IMG/VR virus record: IMGVR_UViG_3300036401_000331
Location: 2,650-66,649 of that record
Direction: 5' to 3' (one strand)
Source: a virus
DNA length: 64,000 nt
Shown: in pieces, positions 53,421-63,516 of the stretch
Layout: each line of letters starts with the position of its first letter
How positions within the stretch are numbered: the first letter of the stretch is position 1
Program-made: the position numbers and the translations under genes
The notes under the pieces: generated by a model
What the model was told of the DNA's origin: nothing
The model's database searches: none
The model's input: only the letters and a program-made list of their open reading frames with translations

Positions 53421-55114
53421 CACAGCGCCTCGACGAACGTGAAGTCGGCCTCGGTGGCGAAGAAGTAGCTCTGCGGATCGCCGTTGACGATCTTGGTGCC
53501 GGTCACCGGGGCGGTGCCGACGCCGTTGATGCTGATCGCGAAGTCGAGCGACATCACGTAGTTGGGCGGCAGGACGGGAGCGATCGCATCGAGGAAGGCG
53601 TCCTCCATCTGCATGATGTTGATCGGATCGCCGACGAGGATCGCGTTGACGTAGGTGGCGAGCGCCGGGCCGGCCAACTGGGCGACGGCGGCGGCCGACA
53701 CGAAGTTCGGGCTGCTCGACCGCCACGTCACCGTGGTGCCGATCAGCGTCTGCTGCGGCGGGCTGACGAAGGTGATCGGGTAGCTGTCGGGATAGTCGGT
53801 GATCGAAACGGTGATGTTGCGCGCGTTGGGACCGACCGTGCCGCCGGCAGCGTAGGGGGCGAGCAACAAGGCGTTGAAATTGGCGATGCCGGCCTGAAGC
53901 TGGCCGAACTGCGTGGCGGCAGCCGGGCTGGCGGTAAGCGCGAACTTGAGCACGTTGGTGGCAGTACCGGCGGTGGCGACGAAGCTGCCGTTCCAGCCGT
54001 CGGGCAGCGAGCCGGCGAGGGTGAAGGTCGAGCCTACGGTGACGCCGTGGTTGAGCAACGTGTCGGCGGTGACGATGCCGGCGGCCCACGACAGCGCGGT
54101 CAACTGGTTGGCCGGATAGTGCGTGCCGAGCACGAACGTCTTCTCGCTCGGCACGTCGGCCACCGCGTGCGCGCCGTTGTAGACGGTCGGCGTGACGGCC
54201 TCGATGTCGACGTCTTGGCCGGTCGCGAAACCATGGTTGAGATCGGTAGTGACGACGGCCGGATCGGCGTGGCTGATGTCGGTGATGTGGATCGTGCTGC
54301 CGACCAAGGTCGAGATGTCGAACAGCGCCTGATAGATCGCGTAGGCGACTTGGTAGGGATCGCCGCCGCCGACGATGACCATCCAGCCGCCGCCGGGTTG
54401 CGACTTGACGTGGACGAGGCGGTCCTGCACGCCGGCCACGTTGGTCAGCAGCGTGCGCAGGTAGCGCGCCATGCCCTGCGACGCGGCCAGACCGGCGCGC
54501 AGCACTCTCGACCTGTACTGGGTGGCGCTCTCGCCCGACACCGCCGGGATGCCGGGCTCGGGATTGACCACGCTGAGAGCGAAGCCGGAGGGCGGCGGGG
54601 TGACCAGTTCGACGACAGTGCCGGCCGGCACGGCCCACGCTCCGGCGAGCGAGGCGACGGCGTAGAGCAGCGGGCTTTGGCCGTCGGTGCCGATGATGCC
54701 GCCATCCTCGATGATGTACTGATGATTGCCGTCGCCGACGACGAAGCCCTTGCCGATAACGAAGCCGGGCAGCCCGGTGAACTGGACGAACACCGAGGTG
54801 TTGGAGGGCTGGCCGATCATCACGCCATAGACCTTGCCGAGCAGCACCAGCACGAACTCGTTGCAGCCGTAGGGCGTGAGGTCGTTGAGCGCCTCGACGC
54901 GCGCCTGATCCATCATCACCAGCGCCTGCACGTCGGTCGAGGCGATGTCCTCGATCAGTCCGCCCGGCAGGTTGTTGGTGTAGCCGGGATTGGTCTTGGA
55001 GACGAGGATGGTGAGTTGGTTGCGCAATTCGATGGGCGGCGTCGGCACGAGCCCGGCCGCCGTGATCACCGTTGGCAGGTTGCCTGTCTCGATGGCTTCG
55101 CTGGGTTCGGCCAT
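53420..55114 (-). CDS. Baseplate J-like protein with inserted domains
   Basis: PGYTNNLPGGLIEDI, GESATQYRSRV, VGGGDPYQVAYAIY. Confidence 0.85.
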   Translation of the reverse strand: MAEPSEAIETGNLPTVITAAGLVPTPPIELRNQLTILVSKTNPGYTNNLPGGLIEDIASTDVQALVMMDQARVEALNDLTPYGCNEFVLVLLGKVYGVMIGQPSNTSVFVQFTGLPGFVIGKGFVVGDGNHQYIIEDGGIIGTDGQSPLLYAVASLAGAWAVPAGTVVELVTPPPSGFALSVVNPEPGIPAVSGESATQYRSRVLRAGLAASQGMARYLRTLLTNVAGVQDRLVHVKSQPGGGWMVIVGGGDPYQVAYAIYQALFDISTLVGSTIHITDISHADPAVVTTDLNHGFATGQDVDIEAVTPTVYNGAHAVADVPSEKTFVLGTHYPANQLTALSWAAGIVTADTLLNHGVTVGSTFTLAGSLPDGWNGSFVATAGTATNVLKFALTASPAAATQFGQLQAGIANFNALLLAPYAAGGTVGPNARNITVSITDYPDSYPITFVSPPQQTLIGTTVTWRSSSPNFVSAAAVAQLAGPALATYVNAILVGDPINIMQMEDAFLDAIAPVLPPNYVMSLDFAISINGVGTAPVTGTKIVNGDPQSYFFATEADFTFVEAL

Positions 55115-55124
55115 GGTCTGGTCC

Positions 55125-55478
55125 TCAGATCGGGATCGGCACTTGGCGGTTCAGCACGACGCCGACATTGGTGGTGGCGGTGATGTTGTAGGTCGGCGTC
55201 GGATCGTCCTCGCGCGCCACCAGCAGGGCGGCGAAACTCGACGCGAAGCGCTGCTGCGTCAGCGTGACGGAGTAGTCGGGGAACAGTTGGCTGATCACGC
55301 TGTACTTGGCCGGGATGCCCCAGTCGGCCCAGAACGGCGACTCGCCCATGTTGAGCAGCAGCACCTGCGCCAGCGCTGTCAGCATGACGTGGTCGTTGCG
55401 GCCGTTGGCCTCGGTCTGCACCAGCGTCCATGGCCCATTGGTGCCGTCGGGATTCTTGGGCCGTCCCCACGTCCTCAT
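55125..55478 (-). CDS. Baseplate gp25-like / sheath initiator protein
   Basis: GESPFWADWGIP motif; position between spike and J. Confidence 0.7.
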   Translation of the reverse strand: MRTWGRPKNPDGTNGPWTLVQTEANGRNDHVMLTALAQVLLLNMGESPFWADWGIPAKYSVISQLFPDYSVTLTQQRFASSFAALLVAREDDPTPTYNITATTNVGVVLNRQVPIPI

Positions 55479-56206
55479 GGGTTGACCACGCCCGTGTTGC
55501 CGCTGCCCGACTGCACTCCGGTGTGGGTGTGCGGCAGGAAGTTCACGTTGTCGATGAAGGTGCCGTGATCGGTGATGTTGATGCCGAAGTTCCCGCCGCC
55601 GCCACCGAGGAAGCGGATGCCGTTGGCATCGACGATCAGCTTCAGCAGGTTGTTGATGTAGACCTTGAAGCCCTCGGCATCGGTCTCGGTGCGCACGCCG
55701 CTCAGCTTCGGTCCGTAACTGATGTTGACGGCATCCGGGCCGACGTCGATCTTGCCCTTGTCCTTGGCGGTGGTCTTGAGGATCACGCCGTCGGGGCCGT
55801 ACAGCACGACCTTGTTGGGGTCATCGGTCGGATCGAAGCCCATGTTGCCGATGGGGAACCACACGCCGGTCGAGATGTTGCCGCACGGTCCCAGTTCGGC
55901 GACGCCGCCGCCCAGTCCGCTCATGCCGCCGAGGTAGTAGTCGGCCGACAGGAAGCAGCCCTTGTCGCCCTTCTGGATCGGCCAGCGCACGTACTGCGGG
56001 CCGTACACCGGGCACTGGATTTTCGGGAACTTGTAGCCCGACTGGACCTCGATCTTGACGGTGACGATGGTGCCGCTCTTGTCGACCTCGACCACGCTGG
56101 CCGGCATCGACTTGGCGAGCATCGACTCGGCCTGCCTGATCTTCTCCTCGGCGAACCAGTTGAGCGACTGGACGACCGGATGCTTTTGGTGGTCGAAGGG
56201 GTTCAT
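55475..56206 (-). CDS. Baseplate central spike
   Basis: PIQKGDKG; C-terminal HTHTGVQSG metal-binding tip. Confidence 0.85.
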   Translation of the reverse strand: MNPFDHQKHPVVQSLNWFAEEKIRQAESMLAKSMPASVVEVDKSGTIVTVKIEVQSGYKFPKIQCPVYGPQYVRWPIQKGDKGCFLSADYYLGGMSGLGGGVAELGPCGNISTGVWFPIGNMGFDPTDDPNKVVLYGPDGVILKTTAKDKGKIDVGPDAVNISYGPKLSGVRTETDAEGFKVYINNLLKLIVDANGIRFLGGGGGNFGINITDHGTFIDNVNFLPHTHTGVQSGSGNTGVVNP

Positions 56207-56209
56207 GGG

Positions 56210-57433
56210 TCAGGGATTGTTCGAGGGACTTTGCGGCTGCGCGGTGCTGCCGCTGCCGAAAAGTGGCACGGGGTTGCCGCTGGCGACCTGCGCCGGGCGG
56301 CCCTTGTAGGCGGCATCGAAGCTGGTGATCCACGAGCGCCCGTCGGCTTGCCGGAAGCTGGCATTGTGGTGGACTTCGAGTATCTGGTAGGTGCCCTCGA
56401 AGGCGTTGGCGTTGCGGCTGGGCAGGCCGACGCCGGTCGGCGTGTTGGGCGCACCCTGCTGGCCTTGGTTGGGCGGGTTGAGCACGTAGGGCGGGCCAAG
56501 CCATGTCGGCAGCTTGACGAAGTCGTTGACCTCGATGTCGGCGCGCAGCACGGTCTTGAAGCTGAGCAGCACCGCCGACTTCCATGTCGGCTGGCCGATC
56601 ATGTCCTGAAACTGGATCAGGATCGGCTTCTTCGAGTCGTGCTGGCGGGTCGGGATGTCGACGGTATTGTCGAACACCGTGATGGTCTTGTTGACGACCT
56701 TGAAGTCGACGCCGGGATAGTCCTCGCCGTCGACCGTCTTCAGCCCTTTGAACTCCGAGCGCGTGGTCGTCATCTCCTTGATTTTTTTGGCCATGCCCGA
56801 GAGGTTGGCGGCGTACTCGGTGTCGCCGCCCTTCGAGATCAGTTGGTCGCTGATGTAGATTTCGACGTTGTAGCCGTTCGGGTTGGTCGGCGACTTGGCG
56901 TAGGTCGCATCGAGCATCGCTTGGATGGCGGACTTCAGATTCTCGCCGCGCGGCCATTGCAGCATCAGCCGGCGGCTGTCCTGCACGGTCTGGTCGGCTT
57001 CCGGGCCGAGCCCGAACAGCGGCACGCACGCCAGATCGAGCGACATGTTGGTGCCTTCCCAGTTGCCCGAGGCGGCGAACACGCTGCCGCGCAGCAGCAG
57101 GTCGGGCGTGAACTGCTTGCTGAGCGGCAGGCCGGGCTGGTTCATCCCGGCATGGACCTCGATGTTGATCTGGGTGAGGTAGGTGAACTGCGCGATGTCG
57201 GACTTGCTGACGCCGAAGACGCGCACCATCGAGCCCTGACGGGGCTGTGCCAGCGTGTGGGCGATGACGTCCATGTAGACATCGAGCGCTGAGCCGTTGT
57301 TCTTGCCGTTGATGACGCTGTAGTAGCTGAAATAGCTTTCCTGATCGGCGAGCGCCTTCATCGACTCGGGCACGAAGCGCTCCTCGACGCCATCGACGAC
57401 CTTGAACAGGCGGATACCGTAGTAGCGGCTCAT
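56210..57433 (-). CDS. Baseplate hub protein
   Basis: AGM..GLPL, GNWEGT, DMIGQPTW, H...FRQADG.SW.T. Confidence 0.8.
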   Translation of the reverse strand: MSRYYGIRLFKVVDGVEERFVPESMKALADQESYFSYYSVINGKNNGSALDVYMDVIAHTLAQPRQGSMVRVFGVSKSDIAQFTYLTQINIEVHAGMNQPGLPLSKQFTPDLLLRGSVFAASGNWEGTNMSLDLACVPLFGLGPEADQTVQDSRRLMLQWPRGENLKSAIQAMLDATYAKSPTNPNGYNVEIYISDQLISKGGDTEYAANLSGMAKKIKEMTTTRSEFKGLKTVDGEDYPGVDFKVVNKTITVFDNTVDIPTRQHDSKKPILIQFQDMIGQPTWKSAVLLSFKTVLRADIEVNDFVKLPTWLGPPYVLNPPNQGQQGAPNTPTGVGLPSRNANAFEGTYQILEVHHNASFRQADGRSWITSFDAAYKGRPAQVASGNPVPLFGSGSTAQPQSPSNNP

Positions 57434-57930
57434 GGCGAGAACACCTCGAATTGCTGGGTGCCTTGGCGGAACACCAGCGTTGAATCGCGGAAGTAGCGGC
57501 CGGCGAGGTTGATGTCGTAGCTGCCCTGTCCGAGCGCGGTGGTGTCGCCGGGGTTCTCGGCGAGCGGGTAGGTGATCGTCACCGCGTCGATCACCAGCGC
57601 CCGGAAGATGCCGTTGTAGGCGTCGGGCGCGCAGTCGCGCATCGTGAGGTCGATGGTCTGGCCGATGGCGAAGGCGTGCGGCGCGGCGGCGATCAGCGTC
57701 ACCGTGCCGTTGAGCCATGCGAGGCTCTGGATGTTGACGGCCGGCGAGGAGCCGACCAGCGCCTGATTGAACACCAGCGCGCCGCCGACGGCGGTGAGCG
57801 CGATGTACCAGCGCTGGCCGAACCAGTTCCAGTAGACGCGCGCGGCATGGCTCTGGCCGTCGAGCGTCGGCTGGAACAGGTAGGGCGGGCCGACCGGGGC
57901 CGGGGTGAAAGGGAAGTAGGTGGTGGGCAT
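57430..57930 (-). CDS. Baseplate/tail protein with inserted domain
   Basis: FQPTLDG...WNWFGQRWYI; INLAGRYF..STLVFR. Confidence 0.75.
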   Translation of the reverse strand: MPTTYFPFTPAPVGPPYLFQPTLDGQSHAARVYWNWFGQRWYIALTAVGGALVFNQALVGSSPAVNIQSLAWLNGTVTLIAAAPHAFAIGQTIDLTMRDCAPDAYNGIFRALVIDAVTITYPLAENPGDTTALGQGSYDINLAGRYFRDSTLVFRQGTQQFEVFSP

Positions 57931-58673
57931 CAGGGGTTTCCGGGGACGCCGCCGCCCGTGCCGGCTCCTGTGTTGACGCTGGCGGGCACCACCGCGCCCG
58001 AGCCGGGGGGAGTGGCCGAGATCGGCGAATTGCCGATGCCGGTGGTGAGCACGGGGCCGGTGGTGCGCTGGCCCGAGTTGATGCCGTCGAGCACTTGGTT
58101 GAGGCGGTTCTGCTGGGTCAGCGCGTCGTCGACCGTGAGCAGCGGCTTCTCGAACTCCAGCACCCACTGGTTCTGCACCTGTTTGGTCACGCCGGACGAG
58201 GAGTCGCGCATGCTTTTCATCACGCAGTTGGTGTAGATGAAGGCCGGCGTGATCAGGCTGTAGGTGCCGCCCGTCAGGTTGTGCCGTTCGAGGATGTTCT
58301 GCAGCAGCATGATCTTGGCGAGCTTCGTCCACATGCCGAGCCGGCCGCGCGCGGGCGCGGTCATCTGGTAGGCGATGCGCAGCGGCTGCTGGATGGTGGC
58401 GTTGGCCGCCACGGTCTGGTTGGCGAACGGGTACTTGGCGATCTCCTGCTCGATCAGGGTCGAGCCCGGCATCACCTGAAAACTGGCGAAGGTGTCGTCG
58501 AGACTGGGCAGCCGGCCGGTCGTCAGCACGCCGAGCGGGAAATTGACCGCCTCGGTGGCGAGGATGATCGGCAGCACCTGATAGGGCATGAACTCGGCGA
58601 AGCCGCCGACCAGAATGATCGGCGATAGCTCGAAGGCCAGCTTGTAGGCGACCAGTCCTGCGCTCAGCGCCAT
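57930..58673 (-). CDS. Tail tube initiator-like baseplate protein
   Basis: SPIILVGG, YPFANQTVAANA, HN..GGTY...TP, FEKPL. Confidence 0.75.
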   Translation of the reverse strand: MALSAGLVAYKLAFELSPIILVGGFAEFMPYQVLPIILATEAVNFPLGVLTTGRLPSLDDTFASFQVMPGSTLIEQEIAKYPFANQTVAANATIQQPLRIAYQMTAPARGRLGMWTKLAKIMLLQNILERHNLTGGTYSLITPAFIYTNCVMKSMRDSSSGVTKQVQNQWVLEFEKPLLTVDDALTQQNRLNQVLDGINSGQRTTGPVLTTGIGNSPISATPPGSGAVVPASVNTGAGTGGGVPGNP

Positions 58674-58683
58674 GGTTCACCTC

Positions 58684-60615
58684 CTAGAGCGGGAAGGCGG
58701 GCAGCGGCTGCAGGCCCATCTGCGATGCCACGAGGTTGACGTTGCCGCCCGTGTTGTCGTTGACGTCGAGCCGGAAGCCGCCGCCACCGCCGCCGAAATG
58801 GCCGCCTGACAGTTCGGCGAGGCGGGCGCGCACGTAGTCGGCGGTCGAGTGCTTGAACACCACGTCGTGGGTGTCCGCGCCTTTGGCGAGCGGCTGGCCG
58901 GAGGCCCACGCGCTCATGGCGTCGGCGATGGAGCCGTACTTGGCGACGTAGCTGGCGAACTTGGCGCGACCGACGGCGTCCTGCGCGCCGGGATTGCGCA
59001 GGAACTGCTCGGGCGACATCGAGTAGCCCAGTATCTCTCTCGTCCACGACGGGATGTTCGCGCCCATGATCTGGTAGCGGCCGTAGGGCCGGTCGCCCTT
59101 CACGTTCGGCCCCATGATGCCGTACTGGTTGCCCGACTCGTGGCCGGTCATCACGCGCAGCGCGTCTTCGATGCTGTACTTGTTGCTCTCCTGCCGCAGC
59201 CGTTCGACCTCGGCGGCGGACGTCACCACTTCGCCTTGGTGGAGGTTGTAGAGCCCGCTCTGTTTGACGTAGTCGGTGCCGCCCTGATGGCTGCCGAGCA
59301 CGCCCGAACCCATGTCCCTGCTGAACGGCGGGGCGGTTTTCCCGTACCAGTCCCACGCGCCGCCGGCCGCCCCGGTCAGCATGTCCCACGTCTCCTTGAA
59401 GCCTTTGCCGGGGTCGTACTTGCCGCCCATCAGGCGCTCCAGCGGCGTCCATCCGGTCTGGCCCGACAGGTCGTTCAGCGTCTTGCCCTGCTGCTGCTGG
59501 AACGCCTCGCGCGCCTTCTTCTCGTCGGCGGTCTCGATGAAGCCCAGCATGTGCAGGGCCTTCTCAAGCATCCTTGCCAGACCGCCCAGAGTGTCGGCGA
59601 TGCGCGTGATGTAGCCCGGCACCTTCTCCAGAAACTGCTTGAAGTCGTCGCCTGCCAGAAACTGTTCTAGGCTGTGCAGGAACTTCTCGCCGTTCTCCTC
59701 CAGCACCTTGAGGATCGGCGTCAGGTGGCGGCCGACGATGGCCTCGATCTTGGTGCCGAAGTCCGACAGGTAGCGGTAGAACTCCGACCACGCCCGCTCC
59801 TGATCCTTGGGGATGTCGAACTTCTTGGTATCGAGCGCCTCGTGGCTCTGCTTGCGCGCCTCGTCGTCGCTGAGATTGGCGAAGCTGCGGATGCCGGCTT
59901 CGGAGAGCCCGGCGTTGCCAGCGCCGTAGAGGTTCATCGCCTCGCCCGGCGTGAACTCGCCGGCCCGCACGCCGCGCCGGATGCGGTTGAGCAACTGCAC
60001 GATGGCCTTGTTGCCGGGCTGGTTGGCGTTGATGCCGAACTGACTGTAGGCGACGCCGGCCGGCGAGTAGCTGGTCTCGCGCGCGGTCGCCGCCGCCTGC
60101 GCCATGCCGGCGATGTCGAGGTTGTACTGGCCGCCGCCGAACGCCGATTCGAGCGCCTTCAACTGGCCCGACGTCATGCCGGCTCCCAAGCCGCCGGCCC
60201 GCCCGCCCGTGATGTTGCGCGCGACGTTGCCGATGCCGAACAGGCTGAGCCCGGTGAGCGCCGCGCCGATCAGGCCGCCCCACGAGGCGAGCTTGCGGGT
60301 GATGTCGATGATGTGGAACGCGCCTTCCTTCATCCGGCCGGCGACATGCGTCCAGTGGCGCAGCGTGCCTTCGGAGTGGGCGTGCATCGTCTTGGCGTGG
60401 CCGACCATGGTGCGCAGCGCATCGCTTTGCTGCTTGAGCCCGACCAGCATCTTGTTCTGCAGCACGATGGTCTCGTTCTGCGCCTTCTGCATGGCCTGCC
60501 AGTCGGCCTTGGTCTTGGCCAACTGCTTGGTGAACTTGTCGAACGAGGTCTGGAAGTCCTTGAACTTCTTGTCGTCGACCTCGACGTCGACGATGGCCTT
60601 GGCATTGACAGGCAT
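58684..60615 (-). CDS. Tape measure protein with C-terminal lysozyme-like domain
   Basis: Helical body; HESGNQY...YGRYQIM...NPGAQD; follows the chaperone. Confidence 0.8.
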   Translation of the reverse strand: MPVNAKAIVDVEVDDKKFKDFQTSFDKFTKQLAKTKADWQAMQKAQNETIVLQNKMLVGLKQQSDALRTMVGHAKTMHAHSEGTLRHWTHVAGRMKEGAFHIIDITRKLASWGGLIGAALTGLSLFGIGNVARNITGGRAGGLGAGMTSGQLKALESAFGGGQYNLDIAGMAQAAATARETSYSPAGVAYSQFGINANQPGNKAIVQLLNRIRRGVRAGEFTPGEAMNLYGAGNAGLSEAGIRSFANLSDDEARKQSHEALDTKKFDIPKDQERAWSEFYRYLSDFGTKIEAIVGRHLTPILKVLEENGEKFLHSLEQFLAGDDFKQFLEKVPGYITRIADTLGGLARMLEKALHMLGFIETADEKKAREAFQQQQGKTLNDLSGQTGWTPLERLMGGKYDPGKGFKETWDMLTGAAGGAWDWYGKTAPPFSRDMGSGVLGSHQGGTDYVKQSGLYNLHQGEVVTSAAEVERLRQESNKYSIEDALRVMTGHESGNQYGIMGPNVKGDRPYGRYQIMGANIPSWTREILGYSMSPEQFLRNPGAQDAVGRAKFASYVAKYGSIADAMSAWASGQPLAKGADTHDVVFKHSTADYVRARLAELSGGHFGGGGGGFRLDVNDNTGGNVNLVASQMGLQPLPAFPL

Positions 60616-60618
60616 GGC

Positions 60619-60918
60619 TCACCTCACTCCAGACGCAGTGATGTGGCGTTGCCGATAATCGGCAGACGAGCGGTACTCGAACTCGACGATGGGGCCGAAG
60701 ATGTGCTGCCAGCCATCTAGGCTGGCCCATTCGAGGAGGTAGTGGAGGCAGGAGTCGCCGTCGCGCCAGTATTCTCGCTGGACGTCGATGTCGGCAAAGA
60801 ACTGATGTATGCCGTAGCACTCAATGGCGTGACTCGCGCTGCGAAGGCGGCGCTGGTCAGCATCGGGTAGATCAGGTCTTTCAATTCCTTCCTCGTGTGA
60901 ACCCACGAGGCTGCAGTA
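60619..60918 (-). CDS. -1-frame extension of the tail assembly chaperone (GT-like)
   Basis: Open -1 frame from the T8 run to just before the tape measure start. Confidence 0.7.
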   Translation of the reverse strand, partial: YCSLVGSHEEGIERPDLPDADQRRLRSASHAIECYGIHQFFADIDVQREYWRDGDSCLHYLLEWASLDGWQHIFGPIVEFEYRSSADYRQRHITASGVR

Positions 60919-61319
60919 AAAAAAACCATGTGGTTCCTGACGATGTCGGCGTCGTCCTCGTCGATCAGGCCGTCCTTGATCGCCAACTCAAAGGGCAGCG
61001 TCTTCCAGCCGCCCTGCTCCCTGTCGGGAACGAGGGCGTTGGTCAGCCGCCAGATTTCGGGGAGCAGGAGGGTGTCGACCTGCTGGCGCTTGTCCTCGCC
61101 CATCTCGTCGGCGACTTGGCGCAGCATCTTGAGCGCGATGCGGGCGGCCATCACCGGGGCGATGGCCTCCTCGTACATGCGCGAGATGGTCTTGGTCAGG
61201 ACCAGATAGTGGGTGTCGTAAATCTCGCGCCGGATCGGCGTCGAGTGGACATGGACGGTGACGCCCGTCTCGGCGTTCGTCACCTCGTCCACGAGATTAA
61301 GTCGGCGATTGACCTCCAT
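60717..61319 (-). CDS. Tail assembly chaperone (G-like)
   Basis: Between tube and tape measure; contains a slippery T8 run. Confidence 0.8.
   Translation of the reverse strand: MEVNRRLNLVDEVTNAETGVTVHVHSTPIRREIYDTHYLVLTKTISRMYEEAIAPVMAARIALKMLRQVADEMGEDKRQQVDTLLLPEIWRLTNALVPDREQGGWKTLPFELAIKDGLIDEDDADIVRNHMVFFTAASWVHTRKELKDLIYPMLTSAAFAARVTPLSATAYISSLPTSTSSENTGATATPASTTSSNGPA
60891..60925 (-). promoter_or_regulatory. Programmed -1 frameshift signal
   Basis: T TTT TTT, 7-nt spacer, stem CCTCGTG-GGTTCA-CACGAGG. Confidence 0.75.
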
Positions 61320-61385
61320 GGCTCGCTCCTTCGGTCTGTCTGTCTGGGGTGGTGAGGTTTTACGGTGGGCGTAAAACCCCTGATC

Positions 61386-61829
61386 TCAGTTGAACAGGCT
61401 GCTGTTCACCAAGTAGTAGCCGCGCACGCTGACCTCGTAGCCGGCGTCGGTGCCGGCGAAGTTCAGTTCGCGCACGCTCTCGATGGCACAGTTGATGATC
61501 GAGTAGGAGTTGATGCCGCCGGCCGCGAGATCGGGATAGACGACGCCGTCGCCGATCCGCGCGTCGATCTCCATCTGCTGCTTGTAGAGGTCGGCCAGTT
61601 GCTGGGTCTTCAAGAGCGCCATGGCCAGCGTGATCATCTGGTACGGCTCGGGCGAGGTGACAGCCCCTGTCATCGTCGGGAGGAAGACGGTGGTGCCGCC
61701 ATCGAGCCCGAGCCGGATGCCCGCCGCGCCCAAGTAGGGAGCCGTGACATTGAGGTCGGGGAAGTTGTTCCACACCACGGAGGCCTTGATGCGGTTGAGC
61801 GAGCCTTGGGCAACGAGTGGGTTGGGCAT
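61386..61829 (-). CDS. Tail tube protein
   Basis: MPNPLVAQGSLNR...PTMTGAVTSPEPY; directly after the sheath. Confidence 0.8.
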   Translation of the reverse strand: MPNPLVAQGSLNRIKASVVWNNFPDLNVTAPYLGAAGIRLGLDGGTTVFLPTMTGAVTSPEPYQMITLAMALLKTQQLADLYKQQMEIDARIGDGVVYPDLAAGGINSYSIINCAIESVRELNFAGTDAGYEVSVRGYYLVNSSLFN

Positions 61830-61840
61830 GTCTGTCTCCC

Positions 61841-63490
61841 TTACGCCGTCGCGACGAAGTCAGTGACCACAATCTGGAAGATGATGTGCTCGAACCCGCG
61901 CAGCGGCGTGTAGACCATGGTCAGGCCGCCGTAGAGACCGATGCGGTAGTTCGCCGGGTTCGCGCCGAGATAGCTGGTGAACGGGTCGGCATTGACCACC
62001 AGCGTGCCGGCGTAGAGCCCCTTGTTGAGGTTGTCGTTGAACTGCTGCTGGGGCAGGCCGAGCAGCACGATGCGGCCGAGGGCGAGGCCATAGGAGATGC
62101 CGTGCGCGCCGGTCTGCGAGGCGACGCTGGCCAGCCGGTTGATGCCGTCCTGATTGTAGTAGAGCGGGTTCACCGTGGTGTTCGACCCGTTGATGATCGC
62201 GTTGGCGATGTCGCGGTCGATGTTGATCTGCATCCAGTCGACGGAATACCAGTAGTTGAACGGCCGCCCGTCCTTGGTGTGGCCGTACAGCAGGATGGTG
62301 TCGGAGATGCCACCCTCGGCACCGAAGCCGACGATGTTGATGTCGGCCGCCTTGAGCGCGGTCATCGCCACTTGGTTGCCGGGCGTCGGGAACATCGTGA
62401 CGCCGAGCAGGAAGCTGTAGCTGTAGGGCGGCACGCGGCTGGTGTTGGACGGGCTGTAGTTCAGCGTCACCCACCATGCTGCCGCCATGGTGAACTCGCC
62501 GGCCGCGATGCCGGTCGAGGTGTAGACGCTGGCCTGCAGGTAGCCCAGCGCGGTGATCGCACCGGGCGATCCGCCGAGGGCGAACACCAGCGCCGAGGCG
62601 GTGGTGCCGGGCTGGGCGGTGAAGGTGCCGTTGTAGGCGGCCGGCGTGTTGCCCGCCAAGGTGAAGACGTCGCCCGGCTTGACGCCGTGCGGCACGGTCG
62701 TGTTGACGGTGGCGACGCCGCCAGCGGTCGCGCCGCTGGTGATGGCATCGCGCGCCCACGCGCCGTACTGCGGGGCCTCGACCAGCGCCACCACGTCCTT
62801 CATGGCCGCCGTGTAGAGGCTATAGGTGCTGAGCGTGGTGGTGGTGAAGAAGTAGGTCTTCGAGATGTTGCTCTCGAACAGCGCCAGCAGCGCCAGATAG
62901 TCGGCCACGCCGTCCCAGTTGCGCGGCACGAGGTAGCTGTAGAACATCTGGTCGTTGCTGTTGATGAACTGCTGAAGATTGGCAATGGCGGTCGACACCG
63001 ACACCGCGCCAAGCTCCAAGACGTAGACGCCTTGGCTGTAGCCCTGCGCGAAGAAGGTGTTGACCATGGCCTGCAGTTCGCCGGCTGCCGCGCTCGTGAA
63101 GGTGCCGGCCGTCACCATCACGCCGGGATTGGTGGCGCGGTAGTAGGTGAAGGCGCTCGCGCCGGTCGCGATGGCCCAGACCTGCCCGTTATAGGCATCG
63201 GGCACGCAGCCCTTGATCGTGGTCTGGAACTTCTGGCCGACCGGGATGCCGTGCGCGGCCGTCGTGGTGGCGGTGACCTGCCCGCCATAGGCCGAGTTCC
63301 ACGACAGCCCCTGCAGGGCAAGCGGGGCCGCGACGATGGTGTCGAGGTCCGACGGTTGCTGCAGCAAGGTGGTGCTGCCGACCGCGAGGATCGTGCCGCC
63401 CTGAGACAGCATCGCGCCGGTCTTCTGCAGTTGAGAAGGCAACGGGGCGATCTGCTGGGAGACATTGACGGTGACAATAGGATTGGACAT
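61841..63490 (-). CDS. Tail sheath protein (DUF3383-like)
   Basis: FFAQG...VYVLELG, GAEGGIS, YWYSVDW, PLYYNQDGINRL. Confidence 0.85.
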   Translation of the reverse strand: MSNPIVTVNVSQQIAPLPSQLQKTGAMLSQGGTILAVGSTTLLQQPSDLDTIVAAPLALQGLSWNSAYGGQVTATTTAAHGIPVGQKFQTTIKGCVPDAYNGQVWAIATGASAFTYYRATNPGVMVTAGTFTSAAAGELQAMVNTFFAQGYSQGVYVLELGAVSVSTAIANLQQFINSNDQMFYSYLVPRNWDGVADYLALLALFESNISKTYFFTTTTLSTYSLYTAAMKDVVALVEAPQYGAWARDAITSGATAGGVATVNTTVPHGVKPGDVFTLAGNTPAAYNGTFTAQPGTTASALVFALGGSPGAITALGYLQASVYTSTGIAAGEFTMAAAWWVTLNYSPSNTSRVPPYSYSFLLGVTMFPTPGNQVAMTALKAADINIVGFGAEGGISDTILLYGHTKDGRPFNYWYSVDWMQINIDRDIANAIINGSNTTVNPLYYNQDGINRLASVASQTGAHGISYGLALGRIVLLGLPQQQFNDNLNKGLYAGTLVVNADPFTSYLGANPANYRIGLYGGLTMVYTPLRGFEHIIFQIVVTDFVATA

Positions 63491-63516
63491 GCGTTCTCCC
63501 TCTGGTGATCAGCCGA

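Noticed and set aside
56781-56790. A7 run (GCC AAA AAA ATC) in the baseplate hub gene as a frameshift site
   Set aside because: Not a correctly phased X XXY YYZ heptamer, and no stimulatory element noticed
52311-58680. Long N-terminal extensions of ORFs 52311..54638, 56210..57718 and 57430..58680
   Set aside because: They overlap real upstream genes in another frame; starts were reassigned to 53420, 57433 and 57930
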